From the NCBI GenBank assembly GCA_963809895.1, contig CAWELD010000003.1, positions 416,001 through 480,000 of the forward strand: a stretch of 64,000 bases of DNA. The letters run 5' to 3'. The notes under the pieces were generated by a model that was not told the DNA's origin, made no database searches, and worked only from the letters and a program-made list of their open reading frames with translations. This DNA comes from an uncultured Gemmatimonadales bacterium. Lineage in GTDB: Bacteria > Gemmatimonadota > Gemmatimonadetes > Longimicrobiales > Gaopeijiaceae. Both the position numbers and the translations under genes were made by a program. Shown piece by piece: positions 7,672-16,463 of the stretch. Position 1 is the first letter of the stretch. The number at the start of each line of letters is the position of its first letter.

Positions 7672-10359
7672 TCACTCCGCCCGGAGAGAGATGGCGGGGT
7701 CCACTCTTCCGGCCATCCGGGCCGGAACCCAGCTCGCCAGGCCACCTACCGCCAGCATGAGGCCCGAAGCCCACGCCCACACCGATGGCTCGGTGGGGGT
7801 CGTCCCGAAGAGGAACGCCTCCAGCAGCCCCGATCCGGCGGCAGCGAGCCCCAGCCCCAGCGCCACGCCCAGGGCGGCGACCGTGGACCCCCGTACGACC
7901 ACGCGCCGGACCAGGCGGTCGGCGTCGGCGCCCAGGGCCATGCGGATGCCGAGCTCCCTCCTCCGGCTCTGCACCGCGTGGGCCAGGGTGGAATAGAGGC
8001 CCACCGACGAGAGGAGCAGGGCCATGGCCGCGAAGGACGCCAGGAGGGTGGCGAAGAAGGTAGGCTCTACGAATTGCTCGGCCATGACGGACTCCACGCT
8101 CCGGTAGGATCGGAGCTCCACGCGGTCGTCGAAGTCCGCGAGGATCGCCAGGAGTCCCTCGCGCACGGACCGTCCGGGCTCGGCTCTGAGGACCAGGTCC
8201 AGGGGCCCCAGGGGCACCTGTGTGTAGGGCATCCAAAGGTGCTCCTCCGGGTCTGACCCGGGGCCCCGGTATCGGGGTGAGCCGGCGATCCCCACCACTG
8301 TCCGTGGGGTGAACGTTCCATCGCCACCCACCACGATCTCGGCGCCCAGCGCACCCCCCCCGGGCCAGTACTTTCGGGCCAGGGATCGGCTGATCACCAC
8401 CACGGGCCGCGTTTCCGCCCGGTCCGACGACTCGATGTCCCGGCCCTGCAGGATGGGCACGCCCATGCTCGCGAGATGGCCTCCACCCACACGGTGGAAC
8501 TCGATTCGCGCGCGAATCAGCTCGTCTTGACCGAGTTCCATTCCGACGGGATCGATGTAGCCCACCCGCCCCCCCGGGGTGTATGGACTTCCCGAGGAGA
8601 GGGACGCGGAACGGACGCCGGGGATGGCCCTCGCCCGTCGTTGTAGCTCGTCCAGGAGGCCGGGATTGAAATCGTCGCCTCCGAGGCCACGCATGCGGAA
8701 GGTGGCCACCTCGAGCCCCGCCGGATCGAAGCCCGGATCCACCTGGTGAAGGCGCACCAGGCTCCGCATGAGGAGTCCGGCCCCCACGGCCAGGGCCAGA
8801 CCCATGGCCACCTGCGCCAGGACCAACCCCTCCCGGGTCAGGGCCGCCCGCTTCGAGGTGGCTCGGCCCGGGCCGGCGCGCAGCGGCGCCGACCGCCCGG
8901 ACGCCACTACCCACGCCCCGGGCAGGACGCCGACCACCAGGCCCACCACCAACGACACGGCAAGGGCCACGAGAGCCACGCGTGCATCCAGCCCCACCTC
9001 CACGAGCCGGGGCAGGTCCACGGGACCGCTGCGACGTACGGCGCCCACTCCGACCCAAGCGGCGAGCGTGCCCAGGCCGCCGGCCCCGAGCGCGAGAATC
9101 ACCGTCTCCGTGGTCACCTCGCCGACCACCCGGAGGCGGCTGGCTCCCAGGCTCAGGCGGACACGGAGGCTCTCGGCTCGATCGAGGGTCCGCAGGAGGA
9201 CCAGGTTGGCGACGTTCAGGCAGGCGATGGCCAGCAGGAGTCCCACGGCCCCCAGGAGGAGCTTCAGCGTCCTGGACGCCTCGCCCAGGGTCTCGTCCCG
9301 GAGGGGGCGAGTCGTGAATCCCGTGAAGACCCGGGGCGACAGACCGTTGACCTCGGCGATACCGCGGCCGAGGGCGCTGAGCTCGTCGGACACCTGGGTT
9401 CTGGAATAGCCGCTGGCCACGCGGCCGATCATGTCCAGCCCGGAGAGGTCACGCTCCTGAAGGGGCAACTCGGCTCGGGCGAGGGGAGCCCACAGCTCCG
9501 TGCCGCCCATGTGCATGCCCTCGGGAGGGTGGAAGTCCGCGGGCATGACGCCCACCACGGTGGCGGTGCGGCCGTCCAGCTTCAGCGATCTGCCCAGGAT
9601 CGAGGCTCCACCCAGACGAGACTGCCACAGCCCGTGGCTCACGACTACCACCAGGGGCGCTCCGAGACGGTCGTCCGAGGGTGCCAGGGTCCGTCCAAGA
9701 AGGGCCGTGCGGCCCAGGGTGGTGAAGAAGGTACCGGACACCCAGCCACCCCGGACCAGCTCGGGTGCGGTCCCGGGGAGGCCCACCGCCATGGAGCCGG
9801 GAACGCTTGCCGCCACTGACGACAAGGTGGTGGATTCAGCCTCCAGGTCCCGGAAGTTGGGACCGGAGGTGGCACCGAGTCCGGGCCGACCTTCCCGGGT
9901 GGAGCCCAGCCGCAGAAGCTCGTCCGGCCTCTGGTAGGGGAGAGGCCTCAGCGCCACCGAATCCACCACCGTGAAAACGCCCACCGCCGACCCCAGGGCC
10001 GCCGCCAACACCAGGACCACCACCGCCGACCACCCCGGGCTCCGGGCCACCGCCCGCATACCGTGCCGGATCACGTTCGCTACACCCATCCCCCTTCTCC
10101 CTGTCGTCGTGAGCTCGCGGGTGCCACGGACCGAGTGGAAGCGCAAACGGAGGCCCGCACCGGCCAGGTTGGCCGCCTCGCACCAGGTATCCCACCAAGC
10201 CGGTCCCCGAACACTTCCACGCGCCTTGCGCCGCTCCTCCACCAGGGCCTCCAGCGAGGTCCCGGCTTCTTCCCGATCGCGCCGGGGCCAGGTCAGCAGT
10301 GCAGCCCGGAGCAGCCAACGCTCCCAGGGGCGATGGCGCCGACCCCGAGGCCCTTTCAT
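7672..10359 (-). CDS. ADOP-type duplicated MacB/FtsX ABC permease
   Basis: VFTVVDSVALRPLPY, LLAIACLNVANL, RSLVRLHQVDPGFD, RRRELGIRMALGA, VDPAISLRAE; ATGA-coupled to padR. Confidence 0.9.
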   Translation of the reverse strand: MKGPRGRRHRPWERWLLRAALLTWPRRDREEAGTSLEALVEERRKARGSVRGPAWWDTWCEAANLAGAGLRLRFHSVRGTRELTTTGRRGMGVANVIRHGMRAVARSPGWSAVVVLVLAAALGSAVGVFTVVDSVALRPLPYQRPDELLRLGSTREGRPGLGATSGPNFRDLEAESTTLSSVAASVPGSMAVGLPGTAPELVRGGWVSGTFFTTLGRTALLGRTLAPSDDRLGAPLVVVVSHGLWQSRLGGASILGRSLKLDGRTATVVGVMPADFHPPEGMHMGGTELWAPLARAELPLQERDLSGLDMIGRVASGYSRTQVSDELSALGRGIAEVNGLSPRVFTGFTTRPLRDETLGEASRTLKLLLGAVGLLLAIACLNVANLVLLRTLDRAESLRVRLSLGASRLRVVGEVTTETVILALGAGGLGTLAAWVGVGAVRRSGPVDLPRLVEVGLDARVALVALAVSLVVGLVVGVLPGAWVVASGRSAPLRAGPGRATSKRAALTREGLVLAQVAMGLALAVGAGLLMRSLVRLHQVDPGFDPAGLEVATFRMRGLGGDDFNPGLLDELQRRARAIPGVRSASLSSGSPYTPGGRVGYIDPVGMELGQDELIRARIEFHRVGGGHLASMGVPILQGRDIESSDRAETRPVVVISRSLARKYWPGGGALGAEIVVGGDGTFTPRTVVGIAGSPRYRGPGSDPEEHLWMPYTQVPLGPLDLVLRAEPGRSVREGLLAILADFDDRVELRSYRSVESVMAEQFVEPTFFATLLASFAAMALLLSSVGLYSTLAHAVQSRRRELGIRMALGADADRLVRRVVVRGSTVAALGVALGLGLAAAGSGLLEAFLFGTTPTEPSVWAWASGLMLAVGGLASWVPARMAGRVDPAISLRAE

Positions 10360-10718
10360 GGCCGGCCGGGCTCCAGGAGAGCACGTTTCTCGCCGAGGCG
10401 CACGAGCTCCCTGAGGCGGCTGAGCTCCTGTGACACCACCTCCCGGCCCAGGGGAGTGATGCACACGTATTTTCGGCGGGCGTCTCCTCCCTTCTCGGCC
10501 TCCGGCGGGTCTGACGGCTCCACCAGTCCGTTGGACCGTAGACGGCGGATGGCGAGGTAGAGCGTGCCCGATCGTAGGTCCGAGGGCACGCCGGCGCGGG
10601 CCTCGATGTCCTGGATGATGCCGTAGCCGTGGAGGGGGCCCGTGCCCAGCGCCAGGAGGATCTGGAGCTCCAGCTCGGTGGGGGGGGTGAGGTCGGGGGA
10701 GTCCGGGGCCCTGGCCAT
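10356..10718 (-). CDS. padR: PadR-family transcriptional regulator
   Basis: ILLALGTGPLHGYGIIQDI...GTLYLAIRRL...RRKYVCITPLGR. Confidence 0.92.
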   Translation of the reverse strand: MARAPDSPDLTPPTELELQILLALGTGPLHGYGIIQDIEARAGVPSDLRSGTLYLAIRRLRSNGLVEPSDPPEAEKGGDARRKYVCITPLGREVVSQELSRLRELVRLGEKRALLEPGRP

Positions 10719-10743
10719 GGCGTTCCGTTTCGCGTGGGTGTTT

Positions 10744-10766
10744 TCTATAGCTATGACAACTATAGA
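10744..10766. promoter_or_regulatory. Putative PadR operator
   Basis: Inverted repeat TCTATAG-N9-CTATAGA 25 bp upstream of the padR start. Confidence 0.65.
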
Positions 10767-10866
10767 TACGTCACCCTTATCGGACACGGCAAGGGGGACG
10801 AGGGTTGCCGGCTAGCCACACCGACCCGACGCGGCGTGTCCGGATCCTGGCTCGCCGAGACGGGCC

Positions 10867-11223
10867 TCAGCTCACCAGCCTCCACAGATCGGCCAGATCG
10901 AAGGGCTTGCCGAGAACGCCCCGGATGCGTTCGGGGGGAATGGTGTGGGGTGGCAGATCCAGCCCGAAGCCCGACATGAGGATCACGTCCAGGTCGTGCT
11001 TCTCGCTCACGGCGTGGGCCGCGAGCTCGAGCCCGCACTCCTCGCCCAGATGGCGGTCGGTGAGGAGGACGATGGGCCCGGCGAGCGCGTCCAGCGCCGC
11101 CAACGCGGCCTCCTTGGAGCCCACGGCGACGCAGGGGACGGCGAAGCGGCGCAACACCAGCGTCAGCGTCTGTCTGAGCACCGGATCGTCCTCGACGAGG
11201 AGGACCGTCGACCGTGAAGACAT
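10867..11223 (-). CDS. Single-domain response regulator (CheY-like receiver)
   Basis: VLLVEDD...LLTD...GLEL...ILMSG...KPF. Confidence 0.88.
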   Translation of the reverse strand: MSSRSTVLLVEDDPVLRQTLTLVLRRFAVPCVAVGSKEAALAALDALAGPIVLLTDRHLGEECGLELAAHAVSEKHDLDVILMSGFGLDLPPHTIPPERIRGVLGKPFDLADLWRLVS

Positions 11224-11431
11224 GACCGGCGCCTTTCTGGGTGCGGGGAGGGCAGGACCGCCCCGAATCATATCTCGCGGGGGCTGCGGTCGCTTGATTC
11301 GGAAGAATTCTTGACGAAGGGAGCGCGGACCCCGGTCGGCAGAAATCCGCGGAGCCGAACGTCGGAGAGTGAGCGGTCGCGCCTCGGGGCGTCTGTGCGT
11401 ACCGGGGCATCATCCAATCCCACACCCGACC

Positions 11432-12718
11432 ATGCGCCTCCACCGTCTCGCGCTTGCTATGCGTCCGCCCCTGGCCCGATCCGTGGGCTGGCTCATGGCT
11501 CTCGCACTCCTGGCGCCCCTGGCCTGTTCCGACGCTCCGTCCGCCCCGGAGATCCCGCCGGGCGAGCTGGTCTTCACCGTCCAGCCGACGGACGCGCCCG
11601 CCGGTACCTCATTCGAGAGGTCTCCGGCCGTGCAACTCCAGGACCCGAACGGAGCGCCTCTTCTGCTGGAGGGCGACGTGACGCTGCGATTGGAGGGAGG
11701 ACCGGAGGGGGCGAGCCTCGGCGGAAAGACCGTCGCCACGGGCCGGCCGGTGACGGCGACCTTCACGGGGGCCTCGGTGAGCACGCCCGGCAACTACTGG
11801 CTCGAGGCGGAGTGGAAGGGCAAGACGGCCCGGAGCCGCGACTTCGAGGTGGTGACGGCGCCGGACCTGATCCGCATCCACAACGGCGGCACCGAGGCGC
11901 GGGGGATCGTCATCGACGGCGCCACGTCGCAGGAGTTCATCAACGACGACACGCTCCTGACCACCGATACGATCATCGAGCTGGTCCGGCGCTCGCCCGG
12001 ACTCAACGGCGAGGTGGTGGTCTTCGACCGCCAGCGTGCGGTGACCGCCGCGCCGACACCGTGGACGCCCGGCGTGGACACCTTCGACATCACGCTTCGG
12101 GATCCCCCGACGATTCCCATCACGATCTGGATGCTGAGCTCCCGACCGCAGCGGGTGCAGACCGCGGTGGATGCCTGGCTCGAGATGTGGGGTACGGAGG
12201 GCATGGGACTGGAGGTCGACCTGGAAATGGTGGACCTGTCCGACATTCCCGGGGCACCGCAGGTGGATGGCCTCGGGTTCTGCCGGACCGGCTCGGACAC
12301 GCGCAAGGAGTGGGGATACCGGCCCGACCGCATCAACGTGTACTACGTGGAGTTCGAGGGCACCGGGGGGGTGGCCTGTGGCGAGCATCTGGGTGTCGTC
12401 ATGATCATCAACCGGCTCGCGGACGTGGGGAACCTGCTCACCCACGAGATCGGTCACTCCTTCGGACTCCCGCACTGGTTCGAGCTCGGCCTCACCGGAT
12501 TCGCCGACACGGGCAATGCCATGGGGGGCGGCGAGCAGTACCTTACCGAAGGGCAGATCTTCTACTCGCACTTCTCGAAGACATCGGCGCTGGTGACCGT
12601 GTACGGCCTCGACGAGGGCGCCCGCGACTGCTCGCCTCCGAGAGACGAAGAGGACGACCGGCCCTGGTGCCTGCCCCACGCCTTCCGGTTCTGGCCGGAC
12701 AGATCGCCAGCGGGATAG
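11432..12718 (+). CDS. Lipoprotein with Ig-like region and metzincin zinc-metalloprotease domain
   Basis: Lipobox LAPLAC; LVFTVQP...PAVQLQD Ig-like motif; HEIGHSFGLPH zinc motif and Met-turn GNAMG. Confidence 0.75.
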   Translation: MRLHRLALAMRPPLARSVGWLMALALLAPLACSDAPSAPEIPPGELVFTVQPTDAPAGTSFERSPAVQLQDPNGAPLLLEGDVTLRLEGGPEGASLGGKTVATGRPVTATFTGASVSTPGNYWLEAEWKGKTARSRDFEVVTAPDLIRIHNGGTEARGIVIDGATSQEFINDDTLLTTDTIIELVRRSPGLNGEVVVFDRQRAVTAAPTPWTPGVDTFDITLRDPPTIPITIWMLSSRPQRVQTAVDAWLEMWGTEGMGLEVDLEMVDLSDIPGAPQVDGLGFCRTGSDTRKEWGYRPDRINVYYVEFEGTGGVACGEHLGVVMIINRLADVGNLLTHEIGHSFGLPHWFELGLTGFADTGNAMGGGEQYLTEGQIFYSHFSKTSALVTVYGLDEGARDCSPPRDEEDDRPWCLPHAFRFWPDRSPAG

Positions 12719-12952
12719 GTGCCGACCGCCCCGCGCGGCGGCGACCCGGCGACCTGACCTGAGGAGGACTTCCCCACGTCGACTGCGGGGGTTCTCCCTA
12801 CGGCGCGATCGCGCCTGGTCACCCCATATATCAATCGGCCACCCTCAGGTGGTGGTTTCGACGCTCGTTCGCCAGACTCGCCCATCGGGGGCGCATTCAT
12901 AGAGATCCCATCCAGGGACTCCCCCCGGTGCGCGTATGATCCGGAGGCGGAC

Positions 12953-13672
12953 ATGAGCGCCATCGCTTCACCCACCGCACGCTCCTCCACCCTGAATCCG
13001 GACGCCCTCTCCCGGGTCGGTCTGCGGCCGGTCGGCCGTGTCGCTCTGTCGTGGTGCATGGCCGGTGGGGTGGTTGCCGGTGGACTCCTCGTCGTGAGCA
13101 TCACGCTCGCCGGACGGTTGAGCGCCGGCGGGATCTCGGTGGTCGCGGCCACACTCTTCGTCATGGGCGCCGCCGCGGGCCTGGTGCACGGAGGCTTGCT
13201 GGGCTATCTGGCCCGAGACCCGGGCGTGCCGCGCAAGGACGCCTTCAGGCAACTGGGGCTCGCCGCGCTCTGGCTGATACCGGCCCTGGCGCTCTCCGGC
13301 CTGGCCGCCATGTGGATGTCGTTGACCGCGGCCGCGCTGTCGGGATCGCTTCCCGCAACGGCGACGGCCGGGGTGGCCTTCGGATGGATGCTGGGCCTGG
13401 CCTTGTGCGCATGGGCGGTCGCCGAAGGGTGGATGGCGCTGAGCCGGGCATTCCGGCGTTGGCCCGACTATCGGTGGGGCGCGTTGATCCTCAGCGGCGT
13501 CTTCGGCGTGCTGGTCGCGATCTTCCACACGGTTCGCCCGGAGATCTGGTTCACGGACCTCCGCGTCACCGGGTTCGGCGCCATCTTCCTGGCGCTGGTG
13601 GCCACGGTGTGGATCGGCCTTCCGGTGGCCATCGTCCTGCTCCGCGTCTGGCACCGGTTGGTGGCGGCATGA
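12953..13672 (+). CDS. Hypothetical multi-pass membrane protein
   Basis: GGAGG RBS before ATG; about 6 hydrophobic segments. Confidence 0.75.
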   Translation: MSAIASPTARSSTLNPDALSRVGLRPVGRVALSWCMAGGVVAGGLLVVSITLAGRLSAGGISVVAATLFVMGAAAGLVHGGLLGYLARDPGVPRKDAFRQLGLAALWLIPALALSGLAAMWMSLTAAALSGSLPATATAGVAFGWMLGLALCAWAVAEGWMALSRAFRRWPDYRWGALILSGVFGVLVAIFHTVRPEIWFTDLRVTGFGAIFLALVATVWIGLPVAIVLLRVWHRLVAA

Positions 13673-13726
13673 GCCTTCCACCCGCACCGAGCCACTGATA
13701 CCTTTACAGGCTGACATTCCAGTCCC

Positions 13727-13776
13727 GCTCCGCCCGGCGCTCGGCACCGCAAGCCGACCGCGTTCAGAGGCGGGGC
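13727..13776 (+). promoter_or_regulatory. Candidate bS6:bS18 autoregulatory mRNA leader
   Basis: Outer stem GCTCCGCC (13727-13734)/GGCGGGGC (13769-13776), inner hairpin TCGGC-accgcaa-GCCGA followed by CCG (13758-13760), just upstream of rpsF. Confidence 0.5.
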
Positions 13777-13806
13777 CCGTACACCCCGAACGGACCGAGG
13801 GAAACC

Positions 13807-14427
13807 ATGCGGCTCTACGAGGTCGTCTACATCTTCGACGCGTCCATGGACGAGGACGCCGTCAACGCCAAGCTGGACCGGTATCACGGTCTCATCACCG
13901 AAGCCGGCGGTGAGATCACTGCCGTCGACCACTGGGGCGCCCGCCAGCTTGCCTACCCCATCGGCAAGGCCAAGTCCGGGTACTATGTGGTGGCCCAGTT
14001 CGACGCGCCGGCCGACGCCCTGCCCGAATTCGAGCGCATCGTCAAGCTCGACGACGAGGTGCTGCGCTATCTGGTGGTCCTGAACGAAGGCGAGCCTTCC
14101 AACGGCATGTCCATCATGGCCGAGGCGGCCCCTTCGGCGTCCACGGACGACGACGAGGACGACGAAGAAGAGGACGAGGACGACGACGACAGCCCGCCGG
14201 AGTTCCAGGGCGGCCGCGGCCGACGGCGGCGTCACGAGGGGCCCGCCATCACCCTGCTGAACTACAAGGACGTCTCGACGCTGTCACGCTTCCTGACGGA
14301 GCAGGGAAAGATCCTGCCCAAGCGCACCACCAAGGTGGACGCCCGCTTCCAGAGGCAACTCGGGCGCGCGGTGAAGCGGGCCCGCTACCTGGCCCTGATC
14401 CCGTACATGCGGGACCACGAGGCCTGA
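13807..14427 (+). CDS. rpsF-rpsR: Fused 30S ribosomal proteins bS6-bS18
   Basis: N-terminal MRLYEVVYIF...WGARQLAYPI...GYY...VLRYLVV (S6); C-terminal NYKDVSTLSRFLTEQGKILPKRTT...QRQLGRAVKRARYLALIPY (S18); no stop between them. Confidence 0.93.
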   Translation: MRLYEVVYIFDASMDEDAVNAKLDRYHGLITEAGGEITAVDHWGARQLAYPIGKAKSGYYVVAQFDAPADALPEFERIVKLDDEVLRYLVVLNEGEPSNGMSIMAEAAPSASTDDDEDDEEEDEDDDDSPPEFQGGRGRRRRHEGPAITLLNYKDVSTLSRFLTEQGKILPKRTTKVDARFQRQLGRAVKRARYLALIPYMRDHEA

Positions 14428-14431
14428 TTCG

Positions 14432-15391
14432 GTGCAGGAAGCCAGCCGTCCGGGCGACGAGCCGTTGCCGGAGGGGGATCCCCGGGAGTGGCGCCGTCCT
14501 GCGGCGCTGTTCCTGCTCCTGCTGGCGTTTTCCGCCGTGCGGCCGTCGGTCCTCGTGGGCCTGCCGTTCGCCCTGATGGTCCTGGCCCTGCCGATCCGAC
14601 GTCCCATGGCGTTGCTGCTGGCCGGAGCCATGGTGTTCTTCTCGCTGCTGGGGCCGGAGCGGACGGGCATCTGGTACGCCGAGCGAGGGTGGGCGGTACT
14701 CCTGGGCGGGTGGTTCGCCGCCCTGACCCTGCGCTGGCCCGCCACCCGGTTCCTCACGCGAGCGCTCATGGCGGTGGCCGGTGCGGCCGGCGTGGCGCTG
14801 GCGTTCGGGTTCGCGGCCCCGGGCTCGCTCTCGGTGCTGGACTGGGGGATGGCGGAGCGTCTCCGCGAAGGCGTCACCACGGCCCTGGCCGCCGTTCGCG
14901 TGCTCCAGGGCGGGGCGGAGACACTCTCGCCCGCGCTGGTGACCACGGTCTACCAGGCGGCCGAGACGCAGGCGCACCTGTTCCCGGCGCTGCTGGCGCT
15001 GGGTTCGGTGGCCAGTCTGGGGGTGGCGTGGTGGCTCTACGTGCGGGTGGGTCTGGGCGTGCGCGGCGCGCTCGCTCCGTTGAAGGACTTCCGTTTCAAC
15101 GACCAGCTCGTCTGGTTGTTCATCGCCGGCCTCTTGGTTCTGGTGATCTCGCCGGGCGAGGGATGGATGCGGGCCGGGGCGAACGCGGTCGTCTTCATGG
15201 GCGCCATGTACGCGCTGCGCGGCGCCGCGGTGGTGTTGTTCATCAATGGGGGTATCTCGGTCCTGGGCGTCATCGCCGTCGCCTTGGGCCTGCTGTTCGT
15301 GGCTCCGATCATCCTGGCGGGAGCGCTGGTGATCGGACTGGGTGACACATGGTTGGACCTCCGGGCGAGAGCCGGATCCCGGACGGCGTGA
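14432..15391 (+). CDS. DUF2232 / YybS-family membrane protein
   Basis: Multi-TM; LKDFRFNDQLVWLFI and GLGDTWLDLRAR; usual position between rpsR and rplI. Confidence 0.8.
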   Translation: MQEASRPGDEPLPEGDPREWRRPAALFLLLLAFSAVRPSVLVGLPFALMVLALPIRRPMALLLAGAMVFFSLLGPERTGIWYAERGWAVLLGGWFAALTLRWPATRFLTRALMAVAGAAGVALAFGFAAPGSLSVLDWGMAERLREGVTTALAAVRVLQGGAETLSPALVTTVYQAAETQAHLFPALLALGSVASLGVAWWLYVRVGLGVRGALAPLKDFRFNDQLVWLFIAGLLVLVISPGEGWMRAGANAVVFMGAMYALRGAAVVLFINGGISVLGVIAVALGLLFVAPIILAGALVIGLGDTWLDLRARAGSRTA

Positions 15392-15414
15392 TCAATGGAC
15401 GAAGGAGACATCCG

Positions 15415-15879
15415 ATGAAAGTGATCCTGAAGGAAGACATGCCGAACCTGGGCGAGTCCGGCACCATCGTCGACGTGAAGCCCGGATACGCTCGCAACTA
15501 CCTGCTTCCCCGGGGCTTCGCCTACGAGGCGAGCGAGACGAACCTGCGCCGCATCGAAGAGGAGCGGCAGCGGGCCGAGGAACAGGCGAAGCGCGACTAC
15601 CTGGAGGCCCGGCGGCGCGCGTCCCAGCTCGAGGGCCAGTCGCTGGTCTTCGAGGCGCGGGCCGGTGAAGGCGAAGACGGAAAGCTGTTCGGCTCCGTCA
15701 CCAACGCCGATATCGCCGACCGCCTGAACCGCGACGGAGGGCTCGACTTCGAGTTGGACCGTCGTCTCGTTCAGCTCGAGGAGCCCATCAAGGCGCTGGG
15801 CGCATACGTCGTTCCCATTCGCCTCCACGCCGACGCGGTGGTGGAGGTGGACATTCGAGTGGAGCGCGCCGAAGACTGA
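15415..15879 (+). CDS. rplI: 50S ribosomal protein bL9
   Basis: MKVILKEDMPNLG...VKPGYARNYLLPRG...KLFGSVT...PIKALG; AGGAG RBS. Confidence 0.98.
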   Translation: MKVILKEDMPNLGESGTIVDVKPGYARNYLLPRGFAYEASETNLRRIEEERQRAEEQAKRDYLEARRRASQLEGQSLVFEARAGEGEDGKLFGSVTNADIADRLNRDGGLDFELDRRLVQLEEPIKALGAYVVPIRLHADAVVEVDIRVERAED

Positions 15880-15892
15880 GTCGGACCGGGCC

Positions 15893-15928
15893 CGCCCCCG
15901 TTCGCGGTCGAGGCCGTGAGCGGGGGCG
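15893..15928 (+). terminator. Strong hairpin after rplI (terminator-like, no U tract)
   Basis: CGCCCCCGTTCGCGGT / GCCGTGAGCGGGGGCG 16-bp stem with G-U pairs. Confidence 0.4.
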
Positions 15929-15952
15929 CACCCCGATCAGCACGGAGAGGGC

Positions 15953-16357
15953 ATGGAGTCGATCAGGACCGTGACCCCGGCGGAGCTGCCGGAAGAAGTC
16001 CAGCGGGCAGGAGCGCTCGCCCTGGAGCGAAAGGCGCAGGACGTGTTGGCCCTCGATCTGCGGGGGATCAGCAGCGCCACCGACGTGTTCCTGCTCGCCA
16101 GCGGAACGTCGGACATCCAGGTCCGGGCGGTGGCCGAGCACATCGTCGAGGAATTGAAGAAGGACGGCGTCCGACCCGACCACGTCGAAGGGATGGAGGG
16201 AGGACGTTGGGTCCTCATCGACTACATCGACTTCGTGGTCCACGTCTTCCATCCACAGGCCCGGGGCTTCTACCAGCTCGAGACGCTCTGGGGTGACGCA
16301 CCGCAGGTGGGCTTCGAAGACGAGATGGCCGACTCGGCGGAGAACCCCTCCTCGTGA
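15953..16357 (+). CDS. rsfS: Ribosome silencing factor RsfS (Iojap)
   Basis: KAQDVLALDL...D.FLLASG.S..QVRA...WVLIDYIDFVVHVF...RGFYQLETLWGDAP. Confidence 0.96.
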   Translation: MESIRTVTPAELPEEVQRAGALALERKAQDVLALDLRGISSATDVFLLASGTSDIQVRAVAEHIVEELKKDGVRPDHVEGMEGGRWVLIDYIDFVVHVFHPQARGFYQLETLWGDAPQVGFEDEMADSAENPSS

Positions 16358-16463
16358 CCTCGCGGGGGTCGCACACCCCGATTGCCCGGCCTTCCGACGC
16401 CGGGTTACCTTCTCGCCGGTTCAGGGATCACGTCGCTCCCGTCTCCCGGATCCTCCGCCATAC

